A DNA stretch of 64,000 bases from Eledone cirrhosa (taxonomy: Eukaryota), in the NCBI GenBank assembly GCA_964016885.1, contig OZ024741.1, positions 20,150,001 to 20,214,000 of the forward strand, read 5' to 3'. Numbering within the stretch: the stretch's first letter is position 1; each line of letters opens with the position of its first letter. Positions 22,801-37,800 of this stretch are shown here, in pieces. A model generated the notes under the pieces. That model was not told the origin of the DNA, searched no databases, and worked only from the letters and a program-made list of their open reading frames with translations. A program made the position numbers and the translations under genes.

Positions 22801-25800
22801 ACATATCTTAAACCCCTGTTACAGTACAGCTCACATTATCTGGGACAGTGTCGCAGTAACACATATCTTAAACCCCTATTACATCCAGATCATATTATCT
22901 GGGACAGTATCGCAGTAACACACATATCTTAACTCCATATTACAGTACAGCTCATATTATCTGGGACAGTGTCGCAGTAACACATATCTTAAACCCCTAT
23001 TACAGTACAGCTCATATTATCTGGCACAGTGTCGCAGTAACACACATACCTTAAACCCCTATTACAGTCCAGCTCATATTATATGGGACAGTGTCGCAGT
23101 AGCACATATGTTAAACCCCTATTACAGTACAGCTCATAATATCTGGAACAGTGTCACAGTAACACATATCTTAAACCCTATTACAGTACAGCTCATATTA
23201 TCTGGGACAGTGTCGCAGTAACACATATCTTAAATCCCTATTACAGTACAGCTCATATTATCTGGGACAGTGTCGCAGTAACACATATCTTAAATCCCTA
23301 TTACAGTACAGCTCATATTATCTGGGACAGTGTCGCAGTAACACATATCTTAAATCCCTATTACAGCACAGCTCATATTATCTGGGACAGTGTCGCAGTA
23401 ACACATATCTTAAACCCCTATTACAGTACAGCTCATATTATCTGGGACAGTGTCGCAGTAACACATATCTTAAATCCCTATTACAGTACAGCTCATATTA
23501 TCTGGGACAGTGTCGCAGTAACACATATCTTAAATCCCTATTAGAGCACAGCTCATATTATCTGGGACAGTGTCGCAGTAACACATATCTTAAATCCCTA
23601 TTACAGTACAGCTCATATTATCTGCGACAGTGTCGCAGTAACACATATCTTAAATCCCTATTACAGCACAGCTCATATTATCTGGGACAGTGTCGCAGTA
23701 ACACATATGTTAAATCCCTATTACAGCACAGCTCATATTATCTGGGACAGTGTCGCGGTAACACATATCTTAAATCCCTATTACAGTACAGCTCGTATTA
23801 TCTGGGACATTGTCGCAGTAACACATATCTTAAATCCCTATTACAGTACAGCTCATATTATCTGGGACAGTGTCGCAGTAACACATATCTTAAATCCCTA
23901 TTACAGTACAGCTCATATTATCTGGGACAGTGTCGCAGTAACACATATCTTAAATCCCTATTACAGTACAGCTCATATTATCTGGGACAGTGTCGCAGTA
24001 ACACATATCTTAAACCCCTATTACAGTACAACTCATATTATCTGGCACAGTGTCGCAGTAACACACATATCTTAAATCTCTATTACAGTACAGCTCATAA
24101 TATCTGGGACAGTGTCGCAGTAACACACTTATCTTAAATCCCTATTACAATACAGCTCATATTATCTGGGACAGTGTCGCAGTAACACATATCTTAAAGC
24201 CCTATTACAGTACAGCTCATATTATCTGGGACAGTGTCGCAGTAACACACATATCTTAAACCCCTATTACAGTACAGCTCATATTATCTGGGACAGTGTC
24301 GCAGTAACACATATCTTAAAACCCTATTACAGTACAGCTCATATTATCTGGCACAGTGTCGCAGTAACACATATCTTAAACCATTATTACATTACAGCTC
24401 ATATTATCTGGGACAGTGTCGCAGTAACACATATCTTAAATCCCTATTACAGTACAGCTCATATTATCTGGGACAGTGTCGCAGTAACACATATCTTAAA
24501 TCCCTATTACAGTACAGCTCATATTATCTGGGACAGTGTCGCAGTAACACATATCTTAAATCCCTATTACATTACAGCTCATATTATCTGGGACAGTGTC
24601 GCAGTAACACATATCTTAAATCCCTATTACAGTACAGCTCATATTATCTGGGACAGTGTCGCAGTAACACATATCTTAAACCACTATTACAGTACAGCTC
24701 ATATTATCTGGCACAGTGCCGCAGTAACACATATCTTAAATCCCTATTACAGTACAGCTCATATTATCTGGGACAGTGTCGCAGTAGCACATATCTTAAA
24801 CCTCTATTACAGTACAGTTCATATTATCTGAGACAGTGTCGCAGTAACACATATCTTAAATCCCTATTACAGTACAGCTCATATTATCTAGGACAGTGTC
24901 GCAGTAACACATATCTTAAATCCCTATTACAGTACAGCTCATATTATCTGGGACAGTGTCGCAGTAACACATATCTTAAACCACTATTACAGTACAGCTC
25001 ATATTATCTGGCACAGTGTCTCAGTAACACATATCTTAAACCCCTATTACAGTCCAGCTCATAGTATCTGGGACAGTGTCGCAGTAACACATATCTTAAA
25101 CCCCTATTACAGTCCAGCTCATAGTGTCTGGGACAGTGTCGCAATAACACATATCTTAAATCCCTATTACGGTACAGCTCATATTATCCGGGACAGTGTC
25201 GCAGTAACACATATCTTGAACCCCTATTACAGTCCAGCTCATATTATCTGGGACAGTGTCGCAGTAACACATATCTTAAACCCCTGTTACAGTACAGCTC
25301 ACATTATCTGGGACAGTGTCGCAGTAACACATATCTTAAACCCCTATTACATCCAGATCATATTATCTGGGACAGTATCGCAGTAACACACATATCTTAA
25401 CTCCATATTACAGTACAGCTCATATTATCTGGGACAGTGTCGCAGTAACACATATCTTAAACCCCTATTACAGTACAGCTCATATTATCTGGCACAGTGT
25501 CGCAGTAACACACATACCTTAAACCCCTATTACAGTCCAGCTCATATTATATGGGACAGTGTCGCAGTAGCACATATGTTAAACCCCTATTACAGTACAG
25601 CTCATAATATCTGGAACAGTGTCACAGTAACACATATCTTAAACCCTATTACAGTACAGCTCATATTATCTGGGACAGTGTCGCAGTAACACATATCTTA
25701 AATCCCTATTACAGTACAGCTCATATTATCTGGGACAGTGTCGCAGTAACACATATCTTAAATCCCTATTACAGTACAGCTCATATTATCTGGGACAGTG

Positions 25801-28800
25801 TCGCAGTAACACATATCTTAAATCCCTATTACAGCACAGCTCATATTATCTGGGACAGTGTCGCAGTAACACATATCTTAAACCCCTATTACAGTACAGC
25901 TCATATTATCTGGGACAGTGTCGCAGTAACACATATCTTAAATCCCTATTACAGTACAGCTCATATTATCTGGGACAGTGTCGCAGTAACACATATCTTA
26001 AATCCCTATTAGAGCACAGCTCATATTATCTGGGACAGTGTCGCAGTAACACATATCTTAAATCCCTATTACAGTACAGCTCATATTATCTGCGACAGTG
26101 TCGCAGTAACACATATCTTAAATCCCTATTACAGCACAGCTCATATTATCTGGGACAGTGTCGCAGTAACACATATGTTAAATCCCTATTACAGCACAGC
26201 TCATATTATCTGGGACAGTGTCGCGGTAACACATATCTTAAATCCCTATTACAGTACAGCTCGTATTATCTGGGACATTGTCGCAGTAACACATATCTTA
26301 AATCCCTATTACAGTACAGCTCATATTATCTGGGACAGTGTCGCAGTAACACATATCTTAAATCCCTATTACAGTACAGCTCATATTATCTGGGACAGTG
26401 TCGCAGTAACACATATCTTAAATCCCTATTACAGTACAGCTCATATTATCTGGGACAGTGTCGCAGTAACACATATCTTAAACCCCTATTACAGTACAAC
26501 TCATATTATCTGGCACAGTGTCGCAGTAACACACATATCTTAAATCTCTATTACAGTACAGCTCATAATATCTGGGACAGTGTCGCAGTAACACACTTAT
26601 CTTAAATCCCTATTACAATACAGCTCATATTATCTGGGACAGTGTCGCAGTAACACATATCTTAAAGCCCTATTACAGTACAGCTCATATTATCTGGGAC
26701 AGTGTCGCAGTAACACACATATCTTAAACCCCTATTACAGTACAGCTCATATTATCTGGGACAGTGTCGCAGTAACACATATCTTAAAACCCTATTACAG
26801 TACAGCTCATATTATCTGGCACAGTGTCGCAGTAACACATATCTTAAACCATTATTACATTACAGCTCATATTATCTGGGACAGTGTCGCAGTAACACAT
26901 ATCTTAAATCCCTATTACAGTACAGCTCATATTATCTGGGACAGTGTCGCAGTAACACATATCTTAAATCCCTATTACAGTACAGCTCATATTATCTGGG
27001 ACAGTGTCGCAGTAACACATATCTTAAATCCCTATTACATTACAGCTCATATTATCTGGGACAGTGTCGCAGTAACACATATCTTAAATCCCTATTACAG
27101 TACAGCTCATATTATCTGGGACAGTGTCGCAGTAACACATATCTTAAACCACTATTACAGTACAGCTCATATTATCTGGCACAGTGCCGCAGTAACACAT
27201 ATCTTAAATCCCTATTACAGTACAGCTCATATTATCTGGGACAGTGTCGCAGTAGCACATATCTTAAACCTCTATTACAGTACAGTTCATATTATCTGAG
27301 ACAGTGTCGCAGTAACACATATCTTAAATCCCTATTACAGTACAGCTCATATTATCTAGGACAGTGTCGCAGTAACACATATCTTAAATCCCTATTACAG
27401 TACAGCTCATATTATCTGGGACAGTGTCGCAGTAACACATATCTTAAACCACTATTACAGTACAGCTCATATTATCTGGCACAGTGTCTCAGTAACACAT
27501 ATCTTAAACCCCTATTACAGTCCAGCTCATAGTATCTGGGACAGTGTCGCAGTAACACATATCTTAAACCCCTATTACAGTCCAGCTCATATTATCCGGG
27601 ACAGTGTCGCAGTAACACATATCTTAAACCCTTATTACAGTACAGCTCATATTATCTGGGACAGTGTCGCAGTAACACATATCTTAAACCCCTATTACAG
27701 TCCAGCTCATATTATCTGGGACAGTGTCGCAGTAACACATATCTTAAACCCCTGTTACAGTACAGCTCATATTATCTGGGACAGTGTCGCAGTAACACAT
27801 ATCTTAAACCCCTATTACAGTCCAGCTCATATTATCTGGGACAGTATCGCAGTAACACACATATCTTAACTCCATATTACAGTACAGCTCATATTATCTG
27901 GGACAGTGTCGCAGTAACACATATCTTAAACCCCTATTACAGTACAGCTCATATTATCTGGCACAGTGTCGCAGTAACACACATACCTTAAACCCCTATT
28001 ACAGTCCAGCTCATATTATATGGGACAGTGTCGCAGTAACACACATATCTTAAGCCCCTATTACAGTACAGTTCATATTATCTGAGACAGTGTCGCAGTA
28101 ACACATATCTTAAATCCCTATTACAGTACAGCTCATATTATCTAGGACAGTGTCGCAGTAACACATATCTTAAATCCCTATTACAGTACAGCTCATATTA
28201 TCTGGGACAGTGTCGCAGTAACACATATCTTAAACCACTATTACAGTACAGCTCATATTATCTGGGACTGTGTCGCAGTAAAACATATCTTAAACCACTA
28301 TTACAGTACAGCTCATATTATCTGGCACAGTGCCGCAGTAACACATATCTTAAATCCCTATTACAGTACAGCTCATATTATCTGGGACAGTGTCGCAGTA
28401 ACACATATCTTAAACCTCTATTACAGTACAGTTCATATTATCTGAGACAGTGTCGCAGTAACACATACCTTAAATCCCTATTACAGTACAGCTCATATTA
28501 TCTAGGACAGTGTCGCAGTAACACATATCTTAAATCCCTATTACAGTACAGCTCATATTATCTGGGACAGTGTCGCAGTAACACATATCTTAAACCACTA
28601 TTACAGTACAGCTCATATTATCTGGCACAGTGTCGCAGTAACACATATCTTAAATCCCTATTACAGTACAGCTCATATTATCTGGGACAGTGTCGCAGTA
28701 ACACATATCTTAAATCCCTATTACAGTACAGTTCATATTATCTGGGACAGTGTCGCAGTAACACATATCTTAATCCCCTATTACAGTACAGTTCATATTA

Positions 28801-31800
28801 TCTGAGACAGTGTCGCAGTAACACATATCTTAAATCCCTATTACAGTACAGCTCATATTATCTAGGACAGTGTCGCAGTAACACATATCTTAAATGCCTA
28901 TTACAGTACAGCTCATATTATCTGGGACAGTGTCGCAGTAACACATATCTTAAACCACTATTACAGTACAGCTCATATTATCTGGCAGAGTGTCTCAGTA
29001 ACACATATCTTAAACCCCTATTACAGTCCAGCTCATAGTATCTGGGACAGTGTCGCAGTAACACATATCTTAAACCCCTATTACAGTCCAGCTCATATTA
29101 TCCGGGACAGTGTCGCAGTAACACATATCTTAAACCCTTATTACAGTACAGCTCATATTATCTGGGACAGTGTCGCAGTAACACATATCTTAAACCCTTA
29201 TTACAGTCCAGCTCATATTATCTGGGACAGTATCGCAGTAACACACATATCTTAACTCCATATTACAGTACAGCTCATATTATCTGGGACAGTGTCGCAG
29301 TAACACATATCTTAAACCCCTATTACAGTACAGCTCATATTATCTGGCACAGTGTCGCAGTAACACACATACCTTAAACCCCTATTACAGTCCAGCTCAT
29401 ATTATATGGGACAGTGTCGCAGTAGCACATATGTTAAACCCCTATTACAGTACAGCTCATAATATCTGGAACAGTGTCACAGTAACACATATCTTAAACC
29501 CTATTACAGTACAGCTCATATTATCTGGGACAGTGTCGCAGTAACACATATCTTAAATCCCTATTACAGTACAGCTCATATTATCTGGGACAGTGTCGCA
29601 GTAACACATATCTTAAATCCCTATTACAGTACAGCTCATATTATCTGGGACAGTGTCGCAGTAACACATATCTTAAATCCCTATTACAGCACAGCTCATA
29701 TTATCTGGGACAGTGTCGCAGTAACACATATCTTAAACCCCTATTACAGTACAGCTCATATTATCTGGGACAGTGTCGCAGTAACACATATCTTAAATCC
29801 CTATTACAGTACAGCTCATATTATCTGGGACAGTGTCGCAGTAACACATATCTTAAATCCCTATTAGAGCACAGCTCATATTATCTGGGACAGTGTCGCA
29901 GTAACACATATCTTAAATCCCTATTACAGTACAGCTCATATTATCTGCGACAGTGTCGCAGTAACACATATCTTAAATCCCTATTACAGCACAGCTCATA
30001 TTATCTGGGACAGTGTCGCAGTAACACATATGTTAAATCCCTATTACAGCACAGCTCATATTATCTGGGACAGTGTCGCGGTAACACATATCTTAAATCC
30101 CTATTACAGTACAGCTCGTATTATCTGGGACATTGTCGCAGTAACACATATCTTAAATCCCTATTACAGTACAGCTCATATTATCTGGGACGGTGTCGCA
30201 GTAACACATATCTTAAACCACTATTACAGTACAGCTCATATTATCTGGCACAGTGTCGCAGTAACACATATCTTAAATCCCTATTACAGTACAGCTCATA
30301 TTATCTAGGACAGTGTCGCAGTAACACATATCTTAAATCCCTATTACTGTACAGCTCATATTATCTGGGACAGTGTCGCAGTAACACATATCTTAAACCC
30401 CTATTACAGTACAGCTCATATTATCTGGCACAGTGTCGCAGTAACACATATCTTAAATCCCTATTACAGTAGCTCATATTATCTGGGACAGTGTCGCAGT
30501 AACACATATCTTAAACCCCTATTACAGTCCAGCTCATATTATCTGGGACAGTGTCGCAGTAACACATATCTTAAACCCCTATTACAGTACAGTTCATATT
30601 ATCAGGGACAGTGTCGCAGTAACACATATCTTAAATCCCTATTACAGTACAGCTCATATTATCTGGGACGGTGTCGCAGTAACACATATCTTAAACCACT
30701 ATTACAGTACAGCTCATATTATCTGGCACAGTGTCGCAGTAACACATATCTTAAATCCCTATTACAGTACAGCTCATATTATCTGGGACAGTGTCGCAGT
30801 AACACATATCTTAAACCCCTATTACAGTACAGCTCATATTATCTGGCACAGTGTCGCAGTAACACATATCTTAAATCCCTATTACAGTAGCTCATATTAT
30901 CTGGGACAGTGTCGCAGTAACACATATCTTAAACCCCTATTACAGTCCAGCTCATATTATCTGGGACAGTGTCGCAGTAACACATATCTTAAACCCCTAT
31001 TACAGTACAGCTCATATTATCAGGGACAGTGTCGCAGTAACACATATCTTAAACCCCTATTACAGTCCAGCTCATATTATCTGGGACAGTATCGCAGTAA
31101 CACACATATCTTAAATCCATATTACAGTACAGCTCATATTATCTGGGACAGTGTCGCAGTAACACATATCTTAAACCCCTATTACAGTACAACTCATATT
31201 ATCTGGGACAGTGTCGCAGTAAAACATATCTTAAACCACTATTACAGTACAGCTCATATTATCTGGCACAGTGCCGCAGTAACACATATCTTAAATCCCT
31301 ATTACAGTACAGCTCATATTATCTGGGACAGTGTCGCAGTAACACATATCTTAAACCTCTATTACAGTACAGTTCATATTATCTGAGACAGTGTCGCAGT
31401 AACACATACCTTAAATCCCTATTACAGTACAGCTCATATTATCTAGGACAGTGTCGCAGTAACACATATCTTAAATCCCTATTACAGTACAGCTCATATT
31501 ATCTGGGACAGTGTCGCAGTAACACATATCTTAAACCACTATTACAGTACAGCTCATATTATCTGGCACAGTGTCGCAGTAACACATATCTTAAATCCCT
31601 ATTACAGTACAGCTCATATTATCTGGGACAGTGTCGCAGTAACACATATCTTAAATCCCTATTACAGTACAGTTCATATTATCTGGGACAGTGTCGCAGT
31701 AACACATATCTTAATCCCCTATTACAGTACAGTTCATATTATCTGAGACAGTGTCGCAGTAACACATATCTTAAATCCCTATTACAGTACAGCTCATATT

Positions 31801-34800
31801 ATCTAGGACAGTGTCGCAGTAACACATATCTTAAATGCCTATTACAGTACAGCTCATATTATCTGGGACAGTGTCGCAGTAACACATATCTTAAACCACT
31901 ATTACAGTACAGCTCATATTATCTGGCAGAGTGTCTCAGTAACACATATCTTAAACCCCTATTACAGTCCAGCTCATAGTATCTGGGACAGTGTCGCAGT
32001 AACACATATCTTAAACCCCTATTACAGTCCAGCTCATATTATCCGGGACAGTGTCGCAGTAACACATATCTTAAACCCTTATTACAGTACAGCTCATATT
32101 ATCTGGGACAGTGTCGCAGTAACACATATCTTAAACCCTTATTACAGTCCAGCTCATATTATCTGGGACAGTATCGCAGTAACACACATATCTTAACTCC
32201 ATATTACAGTACAGCTCATATTATCTGGGACAGTGTCGCAGTAACACATATCTTAAACCCCTATTACAGTACAGCTCATATTATCTGGCACAGTGTCGCA
32301 GTAACACACATACCTTAAACCCCTATTACAGTCCAGCTCATATTATATGGGACAGTGTCGCAGTAGCACATATGTTAAACCCCTATTACAGTACAGCTCA
32401 TAATATCTGGAACAGTGTCACAGTAACACATATCTTAAACCCTATTACAGTACAGCTCATATTATCTGGGACAGTGTCGCAGTAACACATATCTTAAATC
32501 CCTATTACAGTACAGCTCATATTATCTGGGACAGTGTCGCAGTAACACATATCTTAAATCCCTATTACAGTACAGCTCATATTATCTGGGACAGTGTCGC
32601 AGTAACACATATCTTAAATCCCTATTACAGCACAGCTCATATTATCTGGGACAGTGTCGCAGTAACACATATCTTAAACCCCTATTACAGTACAGCTCAT
32701 ATTATCTGGGACAGTGTCGCAGTAACACATATCTTAAATCCCTATTACAGTACAGCTCATATTATCTGGGACAGTGTCGCAGTAACACATATCTTAAATC
32801 CCTATTAGAGCACAGCTCATATTATCTGGGACAGTGTCGCAGTAACACATATCTTAAATCCCTATTACAGTACAGCTCATATTATCTGCGACAGTGTCGC
32901 AGTAACACATATCTTAAATCCCTATTACAGCACAGCTCATATTATCTGGGACAGTGTCGCAGTAACACATATGTTAAATCCCTATTACAGCACAGCTCAT
33001 ATTATCTGGGACAGTGTCGCGGTAACACATATCTTAAATCCCTATTACAGTACAGCTCGTATTATCTGGGACATTGTCGCAGTAACACATATCTTAAATC
33101 CCTATTACAGTACAGCTCATATTATCTGGGACGGTGTCGCAGTAACACATATCTTAAACCACTATTACAGTACAGCTCATATTATCTGGCACAGTGTCGC
33201 AGTAACACATATCTTAAATCCCTATTACAGTACAGCTCATATTATCTAGGACAGTGTCGCAGTAACACATATCTTAAATCCCTATTACTGTACAGCTCAT
33301 ATTATCTGGGACAGTGTCGCAGTAACACATATCTTAAACCCCTATTACAGTACAGCTCATATTATCTGGCACAGTGTCGCAGTAACACATATCTTAAATC
33401 CCTATTACAGTAGCTCATATTATCTGGGACAGTGTCGCATTAACACATATCTTAAACCCCTATTACAGTCCAGCTCATATTATCTGGGACAGTGTCGCAG
33501 TAACACATATCTTAAACCCCTATTACAGTACAGCTCATATTATCAGGGACAGTGTCGCAGTAACACATATCTTAAATCCCTATTACAGTACAGCTCATAT
33601 TATCTGGGACGGTGTCGCAGTAACACATATCTTAAACCACTATTACAGTACAGCTCATATTATCTGGCACAGTGTCGCAGTAACACATATCTTAAATCCC
33701 TATTACAGTACAGCTCATATTATCTGGGACAGTGTCGCAGTAACACATATCTTAAACCCCTATTACAGTACAGCTCATATTATCTGGCACAGTGTCGCAG
33801 TAACACATATCTTAAATCCCTATTACAGTAGCTCATATTATCTGGGACAGTGTCGCAGTAACACATATCTTAAACCCCTATTACAGTCCAGCTCATATTA
33901 TCTGGGACAGTGTCGCAGTAACACATATCTTAAACCCCTATTACAGTACAGCTCATATTATCAGGGACAGTGTCGCAGTAACACATATCTTAAACCCCTA
34001 TTACAGTCCAGCTCATATTATCTGGGACAGTATCGCAGTAACACACATATCTTAAATCCATATTACAGTACAGCTCATATTATCTGGGACAGTGTCGCAG
34101 TAACACATATCTTAAACCCCTATTACAGTACAACTCATATTATCTGGGACAGTGTCGCAGTAACACACATATCTTAAATCCCTATTACATTACAGCTCAT
34201 ATTATCTGGGACAGTGTCGCAGTAACTCATATCTTAAACCGCTATTACAGTACAGCTCATATTATCTGGGACAGTGTCGCAGTAACACACATATCTGAAT
34301 CCCCTATTACAGTACAGCTCATATTATCTGGGACAGTGTCGCAGTAACACATATCTTAAACCCCTATTACAGTACAGCTCATATTATCTGGCACAGTGTC
34401 GCAGTAACACATATCTTAAACGCCTATTACAGTACAGCTCATATTATCTGGGACAGTGTCGCAGTAACACATATCTTAAATCCCTATTACAGTACAGCTC
34501 ATATTATCTGGGACAGTGTCGCAGTAACACATATCTTAAATCCCTATTACAGTACAGCTCATATTATCTGGGACGGTGTCGCAGTAACACATATCTTAAA
34601 CCACTATTACAGTACAGCTCATATTATCTGGCACAGTGTCGCAGTAACACATATCTTAAATCCCTATTACAGTAGCTCATATTATCTGGGACAGTGTCGC
34701 AGTAACACATATCTTAAACCCCTATTACAGTCCAGCTCATATTATCTGGCACAGTGTCGCAGTAACACATATCTTAAATCCCTATTACAGTACAGCTCAT

Positions 34801-37800
34801 ATTATCTGGGACAGTGTCGCAGTAACACATATCTTAAACCCCTATTACAGTCCAGCTCATATTATCTGGGACAGTGTCGCAGTAACACATATCTTAAATC
34901 CCTATTACAGTACAGCTCATATTATCTGGGACAGTGTCGCAGTAACACATATCTTAAATCCCTATTACAGTACAGCTCATATTATATGGGACGGTGACGC
35001 AGTAACACATATCTTAAACCACTATTACAGTACAGCTCATATTATCTGGCACAGTGTCGCAGTAACACATATCTTAAATCCCTATTACAGTACAGCTCAT
35101 ATTATCTAGGACAGTGTCGCAGTAACACATATCTTAAATCCCTATTACTGTACAGCTCATATTATCTGGGACAGTGTCGCAGTAACACATATCTTAAACC
35201 CCTATTACAGTACAGCTCATATTATCTGGCACAGTGTCGCAGTAACACATATCTTAAATCCCTATTACAGTAGCTCATATTATCTGGGACAGTGTCGCAG
35301 TAACACATATCTTAAACCCCTATTACAGTCCAGCTCATATTATCTGGGACAGTGTCGCAGTAACACATATCTTAAACCCCTATTACAGTACAGCTCATAT
35401 TATCAGGGACAGTGTCGCAGTAACACATATCTTAAACCCCTATGACAGTCCAGCTCATATTATCTGGGACAGTATCGCAGTAACACACATATCTTAAATC
35501 CATATTACAGTACAGCTCATATTATCTGGGACAGTGTCGCAGTAACACATATCTTAAACCCCTATTACAGTACAGCTCATATTATCTGGCACAGTGTCGC
35601 AGTAACACACATGTCTTAACTCCCTATTACAGTACAGCTCATATTATCTGGGACAGTCTCGCAGTAACACACATATCTTAAACCCCTATTACAGCACAGC
35701 TCATATTATCTGGCACAGTGTCGCAGTAACACACATATCTTAAACCCCTATTACAGTCCAGCTCATATTATCTGGGACAGCGTCGCAGTAACACACATAT
35801 CTTAAACCCCTATTACAGGCCATCTCATATTATCTGGGAGGGTGTCGCAGTAACACACATATCTTAAATCCCTATTACTGTACAGCTCATATTATCTGGG
35901 ACAGTGTCGCAGTAACACATATCTTAAACCCCTATTACAGTACAACTCATATTATCTGGGACAGTGTCGCAGTAACACACATATCTTAAATCCCTATTAC
36001 ATTACAGCTCATATTATCTGGCACAGTGTCGCAGTAACACACATATCTTAAATCTCTGTTACAGTACAGCTCATAATATCTGGGACAGTGTCGCAGTAAC
36101 ACACATATCTTAAATCCCTATTACAATACAGCTCATATTATCTGGGACAGTGTCGCAGTAACTCATATCTTAAACCCCTATTACAGTACAGCTCATATTA
36201 TCTGGGACAGTGTCGCAGTAACACACATATCTTAAACCCCTATTACAGTACAGCTCATATTATCTGGGACAGTGTCGCAGTAACACATATCTTAAACCCC
36301 TATTACAGTACAGCTCATATTATCTGGCACAGTGTCGCAGTAACACATATCTTAAACGCCTATTACAGTACAGCTCATATTATCTGGGACAGTGTCGCAG
36401 TAACACATATCTTAAATCCCTATTACAGTACAGCTCATATTATCTGGGACAGTGTCGCAGTAACACATATCTTAAATCCCTATTACAGTACAGCTCATAT
36501 TATCTGGGACGGTGTCGCAGTAACACATATCTTAAACCACTATTACAGTACAGCTCATATTATCTGGCACAGTGTCGCAGTAACACATATCTTAAATCCC
36601 TATTACAGTACAGCTCATATTATCTGGGACAGTGTCGCAGTAACACATATCTTAAACCCCTATTACAGTACAGTTCATATTCTCTGAGACAGTGTCGCAG
36701 TAACACATATCTTAAATCCCTATTACAGTACAGCTCATATTATCTAGGACAGTGTCGCAGTAACACATATCTTAAATCCCTATTACAGTACAGCTCATAT
36801 TATCTGGGACAGTGTCGCAGTAACACATATCTTAAACCACTAATACAGTACAGCTCATATTATCTGGCACAGTGTCGCAGTAACACATATCTTAAATCCC
36901 TATTACAGTACAGCTCATATTATCTGGGACAGTGTCGCAGTAACACATATCTTAAACCCCTATTACAGTCCAGCTCATATTATCTGGGACAGTGTCGCAG
37001 TAACACATATCTTAAACCCCTATTACAGTACAGCTCATATTATCAGGGACAGTGTCGCAGTAACACATATCTTAAACCCCTATTACAGTCCAGCTCATAT
37101 TATCTGGGACAGTATCGCAGTAACACACATATCTTAAATCCATATTACAGTACAGCTCATATTATCTGGGACAGTGTCGCAGTAACACATATCTTAAACC
37201 CCTATTACAGTACAGCTCATATTATCTGGCACAGTGTCGCAGTAACACACATATCTTAAATCCCTATTACAGTCCAGCTCATATTATCTGGCACAGTGTC
37301 CCAGTAACACACATATCTTAAACACCTATTACAGTCCAGCTCATATTATCTGCGACAGTGTCGCAGTAACACATATCTTAAACCCCTATTACAGTCCAGC
37401 TCATATTATCTGGCACAGTGTCGCAATAACACACATATCTTAAATCACTATTACAGTACAGCTCATATTATCTGGCACAGTGTCGCAGTAACATGCATAC
37501 CTTACTCCCCTATTAGAGTCCAGCTCATATTATATGGGACAGTGTCGCAGTAACACATATCTTAAACCCCTATTACAGTACAGCTCATAATATCTGGAAC
37601 AGTGTCACTGTAACACATATCTTAAACCCTATTACAGTACAGCTCATATTATCTGGGACAGTGTCGCAGTAACACACATATCTTAAACCCCTATTACAGT
37701 CCAGCTCATATTATCTGGGACAGTGTCGCAGTAACACATATCTTAAACCCCTATTACAGTCCAGCTCATATTATCTGGCACAGTGTCGCAATAACACACA

